A stretch of 64,000 nt of DNA from an uncultured bacterium. GTDB lineage: Bacteria > Babelota > Babeliae > Babelales > JACPOV01. The stretch covers positions 96,001 to 160,000 of the forward strand of contig CAVUUR010000012.1 of assembly GCA_963744715.1 (NCBI GenBank), read 5' to 3'. Below, in pieces: positions 1-10,645 of the stretch. A model generated the notes under the pieces. The model worked only from the letters and a program-made list of their open reading frames with translations. It was not told the origin of the DNA and did not search any database. The translations under genes were made by a program, and so were the position numbers. How positions within the stretch are numbered: the first letter of the stretch is position 1; each line of letters begins with the position of its first letter.

Positions 1-239
1 TGTATTTTTGCTATTTCATGAAATAATGGCTTAATCTTTTTGCAAGGACCGCACCAGGTAGCAAAAAAATCAATGACAACAGGCTTTTGAGATTTAAGCA
101 CTACTGCATCGAATTGATCTTCTGCAAGATGGATAACCGGAGAATTTGGTACAACAGTATCTTTACCAAACATACTTCCCATTAAGCAAACAATAACAAT
201 ATTGCTTACAAACAGTGATTTTTTGATGGATAATAACAT
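1..239 (-). CDS. Thioredoxin with N-terminal hydrophobic leader (3' end runs off the window)
   Basis: Manual translation from ATG 239: [25 protein letters not shown]...[27 protein letters not shown]; canonical WCGPC; AAGGGG RBS upstream. Confidence 0.9.
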   Translation of the reverse strand, partial: MLLSIKKSLFVSNIVIVCLMGSMFGKDTVVPNSPVIHLAEDQFDAVVLKSQKPVVIDFFATWCGPCKKIKPLFHEIAKI

Positions 240-337
240 AAGAACCCCTTCTGTTTAGTGGATAATATTGCATATAAGTGCATAAAAATAACAATATTAA
301 ACATTATTGTCAAAAGATTTTATGATTTAGTTTAAAA

Positions 338-868
338 TTACTGTTCTGTGCTTTTTTTAAGGATTTCCAATATTAGCTTTCTATTCTTTACACATTTATC
401 TTTTGGCATCACTAACCCTGAAAAATCCATACCTTCTTTTGCTAACTGTGCAACAACCCAGGTAGGCTCAGGAAGTGTTTTAATCTTTGAAGCCCATTGG
501 GCAGCAGTATTAAGTTGTGCAGATTCTGAAATCTTTACAATAAAATCTTTTTCTTCCCTAGTAGAAAAATCTGTAGATATAGAATTTAAAACAGTGTCCA
601 TAAGCTTGTTAGTATCGAAATTTATACATGAACAATCTTGTGTAAGCCTTATTGTCATTCGCGACAACCACAATGTTGCAATTTCTTCATTTCTATCATG
701 TACTGCTTTTGCAAAAATTCTAATTATGGAAGGAAGATCGCCCACCTCTGCCTTTTGCAATATTGCTAATCCAGCTAATACAGATGGATTAACTTCTTTT
801 ATATCTTTTGCTTGTGCAGCACCAACAATCATTAATAATACGAAGATACTCCGTTTTGATGTAATCAT
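338..868 (-). CDS. Secreted hypothetical protein, paralog of 941..1477
   Basis: Signal peptide; shares AExG..P, LWxSRMxxRxxQDCxxINFDT and WAS..P..TW motifs with the neighbour. Confidence 0.8.
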   Translation of the reverse strand: MITSKRSIFVLLMIVGAAQAKDIKEVNPSVLAGLAILQKAEVGDLPSIIRIFAKAVHDRNEEIATLWLSRMTIRLTQDCSCINFDTNKLMDTVLNSISTDFSTREEKDFIVKISESAQLNTAAQWASKIKTLPEPTWVVAQLAKEGMDFSGLVMPKDKCVKNRKLILEILKKSTEQ

Positions 869-940
869 AAAAATTCCTTAAATAGGTTTCTAAATTCTTC
901 TAGAATTCCTGCGTATTCATCAATTCTGAAACGTCGGGTA

Positions 941-1477
941 TTAACTTATTGCAGCGTTGAAAAAAAATGAAATTACAAATTTGTAGAATAGAGCAAATTC
1001 ATTTTTTTTGCCAGCATCTTCTAAAAGAACTAATTTTGAAACAGGTAATTGCTCAATAATCCAGGTAGCTTCATTAGGAAAATCCTTATTGGAAGCCCAG
1101 GTAACCGCAGAATTCCATACACAAGTAGCCTCATGCGTGGTGCTTATACGTTGTATGCTCTTTTCAATGAACGCTCTTTCTTCAACGGAAAAATCCTTCA
1201 TTAATAATGTATATATTGTTTCAAAAAATTCAAAAAACTTTTGAGTATCAAAATTTATATGCGTACAATCTTGTGCAATGCGTACTGCCATGCGAGATCC
1301 CCACAAAATTAGCTCTTGCTCATTTTTATCGTCAACAGCCTGCCTAAAAATTTCGACCATTGCGGGAACATGGCCAGCTTCCGCTTGTTGTAGTACTGAT
1401 GCATCAACGACGTCGTTGGCTCGCGCAACACCAAACGTTACCAATAGTATGAAAAAAATCTGTTTTGCGTTAATCAT
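941..1477 (-). CDS. Secreted hypothetical protein, paralog of 338..868
   Basis: Signal peptide; AEAGHVPAM (Sel1-like half repeat) and RIAQDCTHINFDT. Confidence 0.8.
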   Translation of the reverse strand: MINAKQIFFILLVTFGVARANDVVDASVLQQAEAGHVPAMVEIFRQAVDDKNEQELILWGSRMAVRIAQDCTHINFDTQKFFEFFETIYTLLMKDFSVEERAFIEKSIQRISTTHEATCVWNSAVTWASNKDFPNEATWIIEQLPVSKLVLLEDAGKKNEFALFYKFVISFFFNAAIS

Positions 1478-1595
1478 TATAAACCTCTCAAATAATAATA
1501 CGTTGATAATATGTTAATTACTTTTGAGTGTACTTGAAGAAATAAAAAACACAAATGGGTATCGGTAAATGCGACAATCCTATTTCTAACTGAAT

Positions 1596-2067
1596 TTACT
1601 TGTTTAATATATGAGAAAGGGCATGCAAGGTTACTCCATGCGCCAGCATATTTGATACGGGAAGAAATAGTGGCGATGACAATGCATCAAAGGCAAACCA
1701 GCGCCATTCGGTACATTTTTCAGGCTCTAAGAGTTGCGGCTCGCCACCGATATACTCACCGATCATAAAAATAGTAATATAATGCTTTTCCTCTGCAATA
1801 AAAATATCGTTGGTAACCGGCCCCATAGTAATAGTGCCGAGCACAAGCCCTGTTTCTTCCAACGTTTCTCTTGCGCGCACAATCTTGAAAGCCTTCACCG
1901 AATTCCAAGTGCCCGCCAGGAGGAGACCAGGTGCCATCACCATGAGCATTTTTTCTTTTGCCCAGTAAAATAGTATTGTCCTTAAAAATCAGTACGCCAA
2001 CACCAACACGAGGAAATTTTTTTATTACATTCATAACAGTTTTTGTTTCGCTTTTTATTATGTGCAT
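1596..2067 (-). CDS. NUDIX hydrolase (NUDT15/MutT-like), one frameshift near 1875 in this sequence
   Basis: PRVGVGV...[21 protein letters not shown] in one frame joins RETLEETGL...[16 protein letters not shown] in another; the Nudix box is split by a single indel. Confidence 0.85.
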
Positions 2068-2114
2068 GTTCTTTACTGTATATCAAAATTTACGCAATAA
2101 CAATTGCTAAAAAA

Positions 2115-3008
2115 TTATGCGCGCGGATGTTTTTTATCATACACTTTACGCAAATAACTGGTTTCTACATGCGTGTAAATTTCAACCGTTGAAAGATTTT
2201 CATGCCCCAATAAAAGTTGTAACGAACGCAAGTTGGCACCACGCTTCAACAAATGCGTTGCCAATGAATGACGCAGTTTGTGTGGTGAAATTGCCGTAAT
2301 TCCTGCGCGTATGCACATTCTCCGTAAAATAATCCACAGTGATTGACGCGTAATCGGGTTTGCGCAACCACCGTAGAGTACTGGAAAAAGACACTCAACC
2401 GGCTTTCCATAGCGCTCGGTAAATTGTTTATGAATAGTTTGTAAGTATTGTTGTAACATTGCTAGCATGGCAGTGCCCAAAGGAACCATTCTGCCTTTTC
2501 CACCCTTACCGCGCACCGCAATAAAACCGGTATCAAAATGAATATCAGCTATCTGTACATTCGTTAATTCACTAATGCGCATGCCAGAAACATATAATAA
2601 TGAAAGCATAGTTTTATTGCGCATACCGTGTGCTGAAGTATCTTGTTCTGCTACTAAAAACAGCCGCTCAACTTGTTCTTCACTCAAATAATGCGGTAAT
2701 TTCTTTTCAATTTTTGGTAATACTAAATCAATAGCTATGTCAGGCCAACCACACGCTGCATGTGCCCATTTAAAAAATGATTTTAATGAAGAAATTTTAC
2801 GCGCCATACTACGAGCGCTTATTTTTGAATCTTTTAAATGACGTAAAAAACTTTTTACATCATCAATCGTTATTGTTTCGAAACTCTTTTCTTGTTCTTG
2901 CAAAAAAGCAACTACCTGTTCAATATCGTTCTTATACGCAGCGACCGTGTTAAGAGAAACTCTTTTTTCTGTTAGTAGATATACTTCAAATTGTTGAAGA
3001 ATATTCAT
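2115..3008 (-). CDS. xerD: Site-specific tyrosine recombinase XerD
   Basis: SLNTVAAYKND, LYVSGMRISEL, GKGGKGRMVP, SPHKLRHSLATHLL, LLGHENLSTVEIYTHV, C-terminal HPRA. Confidence 0.9.
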   Translation of the reverse strand: MNILQQFEVYLLTEKRVSLNTVAAYKNDIEQVVAFLQEQEKSFETITIDDVKSFLRHLKDSKISARSMARKISSLKSFFKWAHAACGWPDIAIDLVLPKIEKKLPHYLSEEQVERLFLVAEQDTSAHGMRNKTMLSLLYVSGMRISELTNVQIADIHFDTGFIAVRGKGGKGRMVPLGTAMLAMLQQYLQTIHKQFTERYGKPVECLFPVLYGGCANPITRQSLWIILRRMCIRAGITAISPHKLRHSLATHLLKRGANLRSLQLLLGHENLSTVEIYTHVETSYLRKVYDKKHPRA

Positions 3009-3152
3009 GCAATAAGCTCCTTATAGATTAAAATTCTATTTCGAGCCTTACCATAGCAGAAAATGGTAATTATCAGCAACTTATTGCATTAATAACAACT
3101 ATTGTCAAAAAGGATGTAGTAATTAAAAATATATTGTTCTTTAACAATACAT

Positions 3153-4199
3153 TTACTGCCTGCCAGTTGGCTTATTATCATCTTCATGCCATTTTTCCGC
3201 GTTCAGTAACCCTTCAATTGTTTCAGCCCATTCTAAAGATTTTTTACAAGAAGGACGATGTGGATCATTCTGAGCTTCTTGAGCTTCATCCACTCCGTAC
3301 AAGCTTCTCTTTTTATTCGCATAAAATATGCTCATATTTGTAAAAAATCTATATTTTCTATCCCATGTTCCACAGCCACATGCCTCTCCTACTCTATCAG
3401 CTTCCGCTTCTAAAGAACGTGCAAACTTGTTAAAAGATTCTGAATGTACTCCTAGTCCTAGTATTTTGTGTAAAAATACTGGCACCTTACTTCTTTCTTG
3501 CAATATCTTTGAAATCAAGTTTTTTTGAGCGACGTGTCTCTCTTGTGCATGTACCATTTCATGTGATAACACAGCATCTTGTTCGGCCAGTGATACATCA
3601 TCAAAAAAACCTTTGCCTAAATAAAGCGCAACGTTATGACGAGAAGTATTAAGTACACCGTGCTCATCAAACCGATCGAATTTAGAATATATAGCGGCTC
3701 CATTAGGAATTGATGATACATTGCATTCGATTGTACCTATATTGTTCGCCTTTTGATGTTTTAAATGAGCATTAATAATATCCACGATGGACTGTTTTAT
3801 GCCAGAACAACTTTGTCCGTATTCAGGAAGACGTTCTCCTTCTTGACTATATGCTTTAAGAGTATCATCTTGTTCCTTTAAAATAACATTTTTTTGAACA
3901 AACATGGTCAACACATCTTTGTCACTTAATGAATGTTCTTTGATCAAGTTATTTAAAGCCTTGTTTTGTTTTTGTTTTGCCACCCGTTTTACGCAATCAC
4001 ATACCGTTAGATTATTGTTACGCCAAACCTTAATAACAGCATCTGCATGCATTCCATAACTTCCATTTCTCTTAAACTCTTTGAGCAAATCACACGCAGC
4101 ATATTTTCCTTCTAATGTTTCAGAAAATCTCATGCCAAAAACAGGTATAACATTAATAAGCATTATCAATAAATAGATAAAAAACATACAATTCCTCAT
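3153..4199 (-). CDS. Secreted M48-like zinc metallopeptidase (start may be GTG 4235)
   Basis: HEMVH (HExxH), downstream EAEAD third ligand, HRPS in place of THP; signal peptide. Confidence 0.7.
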   Translation of the reverse strand: MRNCMFFIYLLIMLINVIPVFGMRFSETLEGKYAACDLLKEFKRNGSYGMHADAVIKVWRNNNLTVCDCVKRVAKQKQNKALNNLIKEHSLSDKDVLTMFVQKNVILKEQDDTLKAYSQEGERLPEYGQSCSGIKQSIVDIINAHLKHQKANNIGTIECNVSSIPNGAAIYSKFDRFDEHGVLNTSRHNVALYLGKGFFDDVSLAEQDAVLSHEMVHAQERHVAQKNLISKILQERSKVPVFLHKILGLGVHSESFNKFARSLEAEADRVGEACGCGTWDRKYRFFTNMSIFYANKKRSLYGVDEAQEAQNDPHRPSCKKSLEWAETIEGLLNAEKWHEDDNKPTGRQ

Positions 4200-4412
4200 T
4201 ATTATAATAAAACCATATTTCCTACAATATACCACAAATAGAAATTATTTCAAGAGGGAAAATAGATTAAGTGGCTTTTCAAAAACGCTTTAGAATTCAA
4301 ATTGGCCAATTCTTGTTGGCGCGCGATTTAGGTATATGTGAAAATATGTTGAGGCTAATATAATTAGGCTTTCTATGTTACAATTTAAGCCTGCAAATTG
4401 CTTTACTTAATG

Positions 4413-5879
4413 TCAAGACTGCTTCTCATCATTTTCCAAAAGTCGACACCGACATCCATATCGAACTAACTTAGGTATGCAATCAGATGCACAAGTACCC
4501 TTAAATTCCGTATCTATAATTACCGCATCCCCATTACTGCCGAAAATGTTATCATACCCTACATCAAAAGGAGCATCTCCTGCTAAATTCTCAAGATCTC
4601 TACAGGCACTTTCACTTATTGCACCGCACCGGTCTTCTCGATTTGCAAGAACTACAAATTCATAATCACTATCAAGCTCTATTTCTCCCTCCGCACCTGA
4701 ATCTCTAACCCCCAGCTTGGCTGTATTATCAATTATTTTTAACGCCTTTTGGCCAATAATGTAGTTACCTGTTCTCAAGTCTCTAATAACAAGAAGTTTA
4801 AGCGGTAGACGAACATGGTGTAATTTTTTTTCTTCAATCACTTTTTGTAGTTTTGTAAATACAAAAAGCCTGTGAATGCCGAGGCCCTTATCTATAAAGT
4901 TTTCTTTAATAAATAATTGATCGTCCGAATCGAAAGTTCCATCAGAAGGAATAAATGATTTGAGAATAGTTTTGGCATGGTGTAACAGCCCTGCTGCTTC
5001 ATCTATATGAACACCGGCATCCCAACCAAATTGTTTCCCCCTCTTATTATTCTCGGTGTAAATGAGCGCTTCTTTAAAATGCGACCATTGTTCGTCAGTC
5101 CATTTTTTATGCTTCTTGTAGCCTGATATCTCAATTGTCATGAACTCAGGTCTATCAAATATTTTTTTTAGATTTTTATCACCACTATCCTTTATTTCCT
5201 CTTTTGACATATAAAAATACATTTGACCAGCTGGAAGTTTATAGAGCTTGGTAATAGAAGTATCTTGCATGGTATTAAAAAGTTTCTTTTTCTTATTGTA
5301 CTGATCAGCCTTTAATGCAATAATTCTGGGGTCACTCTGATCACTGGGTAAAAAATGGCAGCGCGTACTCTCATCGGTAGATGCTTTCAGAAAACTAAAA
5401 TCTTTTCCGCTTATGCGGATATCCTCAATCCTTGCCCCCTTTAAATTGGTACATTCATTAAAACATGTATTATCAAGATTTACGTACGTAATTATAGAAC
5501 CCTGAAGATCTGCCCCTTGCAAATCTGCATCCTTCAAGTCGGCACCATAGAGATCTACATTTTTAAGATTAGCATTTTTAAAATCTGCACCAACAAGGTA
5601 ACAACCTCGGCATTTTTTATAACGCTCAAGAAATTCTTTATTTTTTTTAACACACTCTTTTTTTTGTTCTTGAGACATATCTTGAACAGCATAGACAGAG
5701 AAATTTTTTTCTGTACGACCCACCGAAAAAAGACGGGAGTAAGCATAACTCAAGACAGCTGTACTTGCTGTAACCAACGCAAGTCTGTTTTTGATAATAT
5801 TTACCATGCCGCATGCATCACCCTGAACAAGTATGACAAGGGGCAAAATAAAGGTTTTTATTTTTAATTGTTTTGACAT
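4413..5879 (-). CDS. Pentapeptide-repeat protein with C-terminal atypical kinase-like region
   Basis: ADFKN-ANLKN-VDLYG-ADLKD-ADLQG repeats; DVGYDN and IIDTE motifs near the C-terminus. Confidence 0.75.
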   Translation of the reverse strand: MSKQLKIKTFILPLVILVQGDACGMVNIIKNRLALVTASTAVLSYAYSRLFSVGRTEKNFSVYAVQDMSQEQKKECVKKNKEFLERYKKCRGCYLVGADFKNANLKNVDLYGADLKDADLQGADLQGSIITYVNLDNTCFNECTNLKGARIEDIRISGKDFSFLKASTDESTRCHFLPSDQSDPRIIALKADQYNKKKKLFNTMQDTSITKLYKLPAGQMYFYMSKEEIKDSGDKNLKKIFDRPEFMTIEISGYKKHKKWTDEQWSHFKEALIYTENNKRGKQFGWDAGVHIDEAAGLLHHAKTILKSFIPSDGTFDSDDQLFIKENFIDKGLGIHRLFVFTKLQKVIEEKKLHHVRLPLKLLVIRDLRTGNYIIGQKALKIIDNTAKLGVRDSGAEGEIELDSDYEFVVLANREDRCGAISESACRDLENLAGDAPFDVGYDNIFGSNGDAVIIDTEFKGTCASDCIPKLVRYGCRCRLLENDEKQS

Positions 5880-6151
5880 AGTAACCTTTTTTTAAATTTG
5901 AAAGCAACACATTATAAATCCTCCTTGTCTATTTTTCAGTATTTTAAGCATGTTCCCAGCATATATTTATTTTTTATGCTGGGCAAGATCCTAATTGTTT
6001 GTCTGTTAACGCAAAGTGATAAGTTCCTAGCCCTGTTGAAATACTTGAAATGCGATTTAATATCGGCTTTGAGAGAAAATCAATAATTCTATACGTTGTT
6101 ACAGAGAAACCTAATAAACCTATTAGAGCTAACCCCTGTACAGCTTTAATT

Positions 6152-7510
6152 TTAAATGATGTACTTGTTGGTTCTGGGGCCATGCTTTGTTTTGCCATGA
6201 TCCAGCAAAATCGACTTCATTGCAATAGGATCACCGTATATTCTGTTATTGCCCTGGTACCCGAGAATGTCTAAAGCGCTATTTTCATTCACATCTTTAA
6301 TATTAGGGTCAGCGAAGTGGGTTAATAAAAGCTCAATATGATTCTGAAAATCACCGGAGGATTCTACTGCCCAACGCAAAGCGGTCCTCCCCAATTTGTC
6401 CTGAAGATTCGGATTAGCGCCTCGATCTAATAAAAATTTAATCATGGCGCTATTATCCACTAGCTTGGGAAAATCTACTGTCTGATAGTTCCACTCACTA
6501 GTCTTGATATAACCCGCACGAATACAAGCAATCATTAATGCAGTTTTTCCCTTATTATCCTGTGCATTAATGTCAGCACCACGCTCAAGAAGTAACGTAG
6601 CCATTTTTATAGCAGCTGCAATACCAGCTGATATTTCATTTTCTGGTATGCCGTACCGATGTGGAATACCTCCTGACACAATGCTCATTAATGGCGTTCC
6701 GCCACTCAAAGAATTTGCTACATTTGCATCAGCGCCATTCTCAAGAAGAAATTCAATTGGAGGAACATAAGGAAATCTCTTACAGGAGTATAACAATACT
6801 GTGTCTCCTCGATCATCTACGTCATCTACGTTACGCATACCCTTACAAAATAAAACACCTGAATAAAAACAACGACATGTCCGAATAAAGGTATCCGCAG
6901 TAAGATGCTCATACCCCTTGAGAACTTGTTTTGTATCAGAAATACCACCTGGCCACAATGCACGCTTGACATAGGCATAGATACTTTCGCTTGTTTCTAA
7001 AAAAATATTTTTTAATGTTCCATTTAATTCATATAGCGTAAGTAGAGTACCTATTCGATCATTGAATGGTTTTAATTGCTGTAATGTACTGTTTTTTACC
7101 GTATCAGTTATACCCTTAAATTTTTTGTTTACCCTACTAAGTTGATACAATGGACCGATAGATTCATACAAGTCGGGTAGCGTTCCAGCTGTTACAAGCT
7201 TTTCAACATCTACAGTATGAAGAATAATATGTTTTAATACGTCATCAGGTATTTCTACGATCGATAGTTTCTGACGTAAACTTTTTTGAGGAATCTTTTG
7301 AATGTGAAGAATACCCCCCAAAACATCATTCGCTTGTCGCCATTGTTGCAAGGAAATTAATGATTTTTTTTGCATATTATAATCAAACGATCTGTTCTTG
7401 AAATGATCATTATGCAAATATTGTATTGTTGGTATCACTTCAGACATTTGAGAAAATGCATCAGTGGTCAAAATCACAAAAAATATGAGTATCTTAAAAA
7501 ACATGCGCAA
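6152..7510 (-). CDS. Secreted ankyrin-repeat protein with F-box-like N-terminal segment
   Basis: GDTVL, GTPLM, GKTALM, GRTAL ankyrin repeats; IVEIPDDVLKHII...LSRVNKKF. Confidence 0.85.
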   Translation of the reverse strand: MRMFFKILIFFVILTTDAFSQMSEVIPTIQYLHNDHFKNRSFDYNMQKKSLISLQQWRQANDVLGGILHIQKIPQKSLRQKLSIVEIPDDVLKHIILHTVDVEKLVTAGTLPDLYESIGPLYQLSRVNKKFKGITDTVKNSTLQQLKPFNDRIGTLLTLYELNGTLKNIFLETSESIYAYVKRALWPGGISDTKQVLKGYEHLTADTFIRTCRCFYSGVLFCKGMRNVDDVDDRGDTVLLYSCKRFPYVPPIEFLLENGADANVANSLSGGTPLMSIVSGGIPHRYGIPENEISAGIAAAIKMATLLLERGADINAQDNKGKTALMIACIRAGYIKTSEWNYQTVDFPKLVDNSAMIKFLLDRGANPNLQDKLGRTALRWAVESSGDFQNHIELLLTHFADPNIKDVNENSALDILGYQGNNRIYGDPIAMKSILLDHGKTKHGPRTNKYII

Positions 7511-7646
7511 ACCATTATTAATAAAAATAAAATGCTTAACCTATAGATTATAGTATAGTATTAATTTCAAATAATAAAGTTTACTTGTCCTAAAAAATAT
7601 GTGCCTGTTTACTCAATAATTGAAAAAATTACGATAGTTGATTCTA

Positions 7647-9071
7647 TTAATATGAACGCGCTATCAAAATATCAGACGGGCTCGCTTTGTTACAATTAAA
7701 ACAAGTATCAAATGTTTTTTCTTTCAACAAACAGCGTATGGTTGCTTTTGCTTCTTTAATAATTTGTTCGCATGCGCTATCGCGGCACCATCCGGTTTGA
7801 TAGAAACCACCTTTATGTTCAAGATCATCTTTAAATTCGGTAAATTTCGCTCGTTTGTAGATCATTGCCTGTAAACGGTCATATGCACGTTTAAATAACT
7901 CTTGGTGTATAAGATCAAAACGTTTTTGTAAAATATCAGGAACGGCATTCAACGGTACTGCCTCTTTAGCAAGCCCAAGGCGATCGCTCATGATAACGAC
8001 ACCATTAGCAACATCACGCGGGCCAATTTCTATGCGCACCGGCACCCCTTTTAATTCCCATTTATAAAATTTTGCACCTGGTGTTTCATCGATACGATCA
8101 TCAACTTCAACCGTTATACCGCGCGAACGAATTGCCTCTGCTATTTGATAGGTGATGCGTAAAATCTCTGATTGATCGGTATCTTTTTTTACAATAGGAA
8201 TAATAACCACCGGTATCGGCGCTACTTTTGGCGGCATTATCAACCCTTTTTGATCACCATGTACCATAACCACGGCACCAATGGAACGGGTAGTGAATCC
8301 CCAACTGGTTAAATACGGATATGATTTATTACCAACGCGATCTTGGAACATAATGCCAAAACTTTTTGCAAAATTTTGTGAAATAATATGTGAAGTACAC
8401 ATTTGTAAGGCTTTGCCGTCTTGCATCAAACCTTCTACCGTATACGTGCGATCGGCACCGGCAAATTTTTCACTTTCCGTTTTTACACCAGAAATTATCG
8501 GGATTGCTAAATAATTTTCATACAAGTCAATGTATTCATCAAGCATTAATAATGCTTCAGATTCTGCTTCTTGCGCCGTCTCATGCGCGGTATGCCCTTC
8601 TTGCCAAAAAAATTCACAGCTTCGCAAAAATGGCCTTGTGCGCATTTCCCAACGAACAACATTTGCCCATTGATTAATTTTCATCGGTAAATCGCGCCAT
8701 GATTGTATCCATTGCGCAAACATATAATGAATAATTGTTTCTGAGGTTGGGCGAACGACGAGCGGTTCTTCAAGTTCTTTGCCACCTGCATACGTAACAA
8801 CGGCTAATTCTGGGGCAAAACCTTCTACATGCTTTGCTTCTCGCTCTAAAAAAGATTTTGGAATAAGAAGCGGAAATGCAGCGTTTTGATGGCCAGTATC
8901 TTTAATTTTTTTATCAAGAATAGCTTTAATATTTTCCCATAATGCATACCCATAAGGACGAATAACAAATGATCCTCGAACCGGCGACAAATCAACAAGC
9001 TGCGCCTGATAAACAACATCATTATACCAGTCAGAAAAATTGGTTGTTATAGAAGGTAATGTATTATTCAT
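7647..9071 (-). CDS. proS: Proline--tRNA ligase, archaeal/eukaryotic type
   Basis: FSDWYNDVV, VRPTSETII, QWANVVRWE..RPFLR..EFFWQEGHTAH, C-terminal Zn cysteines and ARSY end. Confidence 0.97.
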   Translation of the reverse strand: MNNTLPSITTNFSDWYNDVVYQAQLVDLSPVRGSFVIRPYGYALWENIKAILDKKIKDTGHQNAAFPLLIPKSFLEREAKHVEGFAPELAVVTYAGGKELEEPLVVRPTSETIIHYMFAQWIQSWRDLPMKINQWANVVRWEMRTRPFLRSCEFFWQEGHTAHETAQEAESEALLMLDEYIDLYENYLAIPIISGVKTESEKFAGADRTYTVEGLMQDGKALQMCTSHIISQNFAKSFGIMFQDRVGNKSYPYLTSWGFTTRSIGAVVMVHGDQKGLIMPPKVAPIPVVIIPIVKKDTDQSEILRITYQIAEAIRSRGITVEVDDRIDETPGAKFYKWELKGVPVRIEIGPRDVANGVVIMSDRLGLAKEAVPLNAVPDILQKRFDLIHQELFKRAYDRLQAMIYKRAKFTEFKDDLEHKGGFYQTGWCRDSACEQIIKEAKATIRCLLKEKTFDTCFNCNKASPSDILIARSY

Positions 9072-9180
9072 AAAAATAGTAATTCCTTATGTTGGGAATA
9101 GCAAACAGGCCCAGGGTATTTTATTTTCTATAAAAATAGAATACCCTAGAACCATTATAAAGTAAAAAAGTAGGATATTA

Positions 9181-9615
9181 ATGAAGTTAAACACTTATTA
9201 TTGGACATTATTACTGATGAGTTTTTTTATGACAACTAATACCTCTGATAAAAAACGTGATCAAACAACCACTATTGAAGAAATGAAAAAAATAGTTGAA
9301 GAAGTTGTATCCGAACGAGATTGGGCGCAATTTCATTCTGCAAAAAATTTAAGTATGGCTCTTGCAGCGGAAGCAGCAGAATTAATGGAAATTTTTATGT
9401 GGTGTGATAACAAAGAAAGTTCTGCCGTTTTAGAAAAAAAACGGACCGAAGTTGAACATGAACTTGCTGATATTTTGATCTACGCACTTTCTTTTGCAAA
9501 CCGCTGTGATATTGATTTGGCCAGCGCATTGTTACAAAAAATGGAGCTCAATAAAAAAAAATATCCGGTTGATAAAGCGCGGGGCAAATCTGATAAATAT
9601 ACTGCGTATCAATAG
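9181..9615 (+). CDS. MazG-like nucleotide pyrophosphohydrolase (dCTP pyrophosphatase family)
   Basis: ERDWAQFHSAKNLSMALAAEAAEL, ELADILIY, KKYPVDKARG..KY. Confidence 0.92.
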   Translation: MKLNTYYWTLLLMSFFMTTNTSDKKRDQTTTIEEMKKIVEEVVSERDWAQFHSAKNLSMALAAEAAELMEIFMWCDNKESSAVLEKKRTEVEHELADILIYALSFANRCDIDLASALLQKMELNKKKYPVDKARGKSDKYTAYQ

Positions 9616-9616
9616 T

Positions 9617-10024
9617 TTAATCTTTTTTAGAAGAATTTCCCTTGGGCATCAATACTGCCAAGGTATATCCGATCACTCCCGTTATTGCATGAACTGCATT
9701 AGGCAACTCAATGTTATTAACTCTAATATTCTGTTGAGCATATTGAGCAGTAAGGAATGTTGTGGAAGTTATAATTCCTTTGCGAATTTTTTTTTCATTA
9801 TCACAATCGGATAATATAGACCTATCCTTTACCACTTGATATAAAAGCATTCCTGCATAATTAATCGTAAAAGACGCTGTTATTTCTACACCAACTTGAC
9901 ACCAAAAATCAGGGCTTATGCAGGTCCGAATAAAACCTACATCTTTATATTGTTTTTGAGGTACTGCATAACTATCAAACGGAAAAATAAATAATATGCT
10001 TAATAACATACTGCGATAATACAC
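9617..10024 (-). CDS. Small membrane protein, paralog 1 of 3 (GTG start inferred from RBS)
   Basis: DF..VG....FT and HA..GVIGYTLA motifs shared with the two neighbours. Confidence 0.7.
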   Translation of the reverse strand: MYYRSMLLSILFIFPFDSYAVPQKQYKDVGFIRTCISPDFWCQVGVEITASFTINYAGMLLYQVVKDRSILSDCDNEKKIRKGIITSTTFLTAQYAQQNIRVNNIELPNAVHAITGVIGYTLAVLMPKGNSSKKD

Positions 10025-10139
10025 AATAATTCCCCCCATAATAAATCAATATCTATTTTAAAATAATTATAAATTTAAACTATTTATATATGGGCGTCAA
10101 ATATTGATGAAAATTAAATACTGCATTAATTATTATGTT

Positions 10140-10511
10140 TTATTTTATTAACTTTATACGTAGATTGTCTTTTGTTGCTTCTGCAATCATGAATCCTATA
10201 ATAGCCACTGCTGCATGGCCAAAGACACCCAAGCTATTATTCTCGTGTATATACAAAGGCAAGAACACTGCGATGGAAAATAGGGAGGGCTGCCATACAT
10301 GAGCTGAAACATTAGCTGGTTTTGACTCTAAAAGTAAGTCCCTTACTATATGGGCGGTAAAGCAGGTGCTAAGTTCCATGCAAAAATCTTTACTCACGAT
10401 TTTTATTTTTTCCCATTGCCCAGTAAGTTTAGTTCTAACGTTCGGTTCACTACTTTCTGAATGCAACGGAAAAACAAACAACATACTCAATGCTACTGCA
10501 CGATAATGCAT
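10140..10511 (-). CDS. Small membrane protein, paralog 2 of 3
   Basis: KDFCMELSTCFTAH; YIHENNSLGVFGHAAVAIIGF. Confidence 0.75.
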   Translation of the reverse strand: MHYRAVALSMLFVFPLHSESSEPNVRTKLTGQWEKIKIVSKDFCMELSTCFTAHIVRDLLLESKPANVSAHVWQPSLFSIAVFLPLYIHENNSLGVFGHAAVAIIGFMIAEATKDNLRIKLIK

Positions 10512-10645
10512 AATAACTCCTTTTACGATAACCTTAAATACATGTGAAAAAATAACTATAAACCTAAATTATTTCTGTATGAGCGTCAAATATGGGTAAA
10601 AATCAATTCCATATTAACTCATATCGCACGAACATACACTTCGTA

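Noticed and set aside
348..881. Antisense and nested ORFs in the track (for example 348..881, 5517..5867, 11188..11451, 37410..37766)
   Set aside because: Shadows of better-supported genes on the other strand or frame, with no motifs or RBS.
2115..3008. Prophage or integron integrase
   Set aside because: Typical chromosomal XerD length and HPRA end; no integron insert, attC sites or phage genes.
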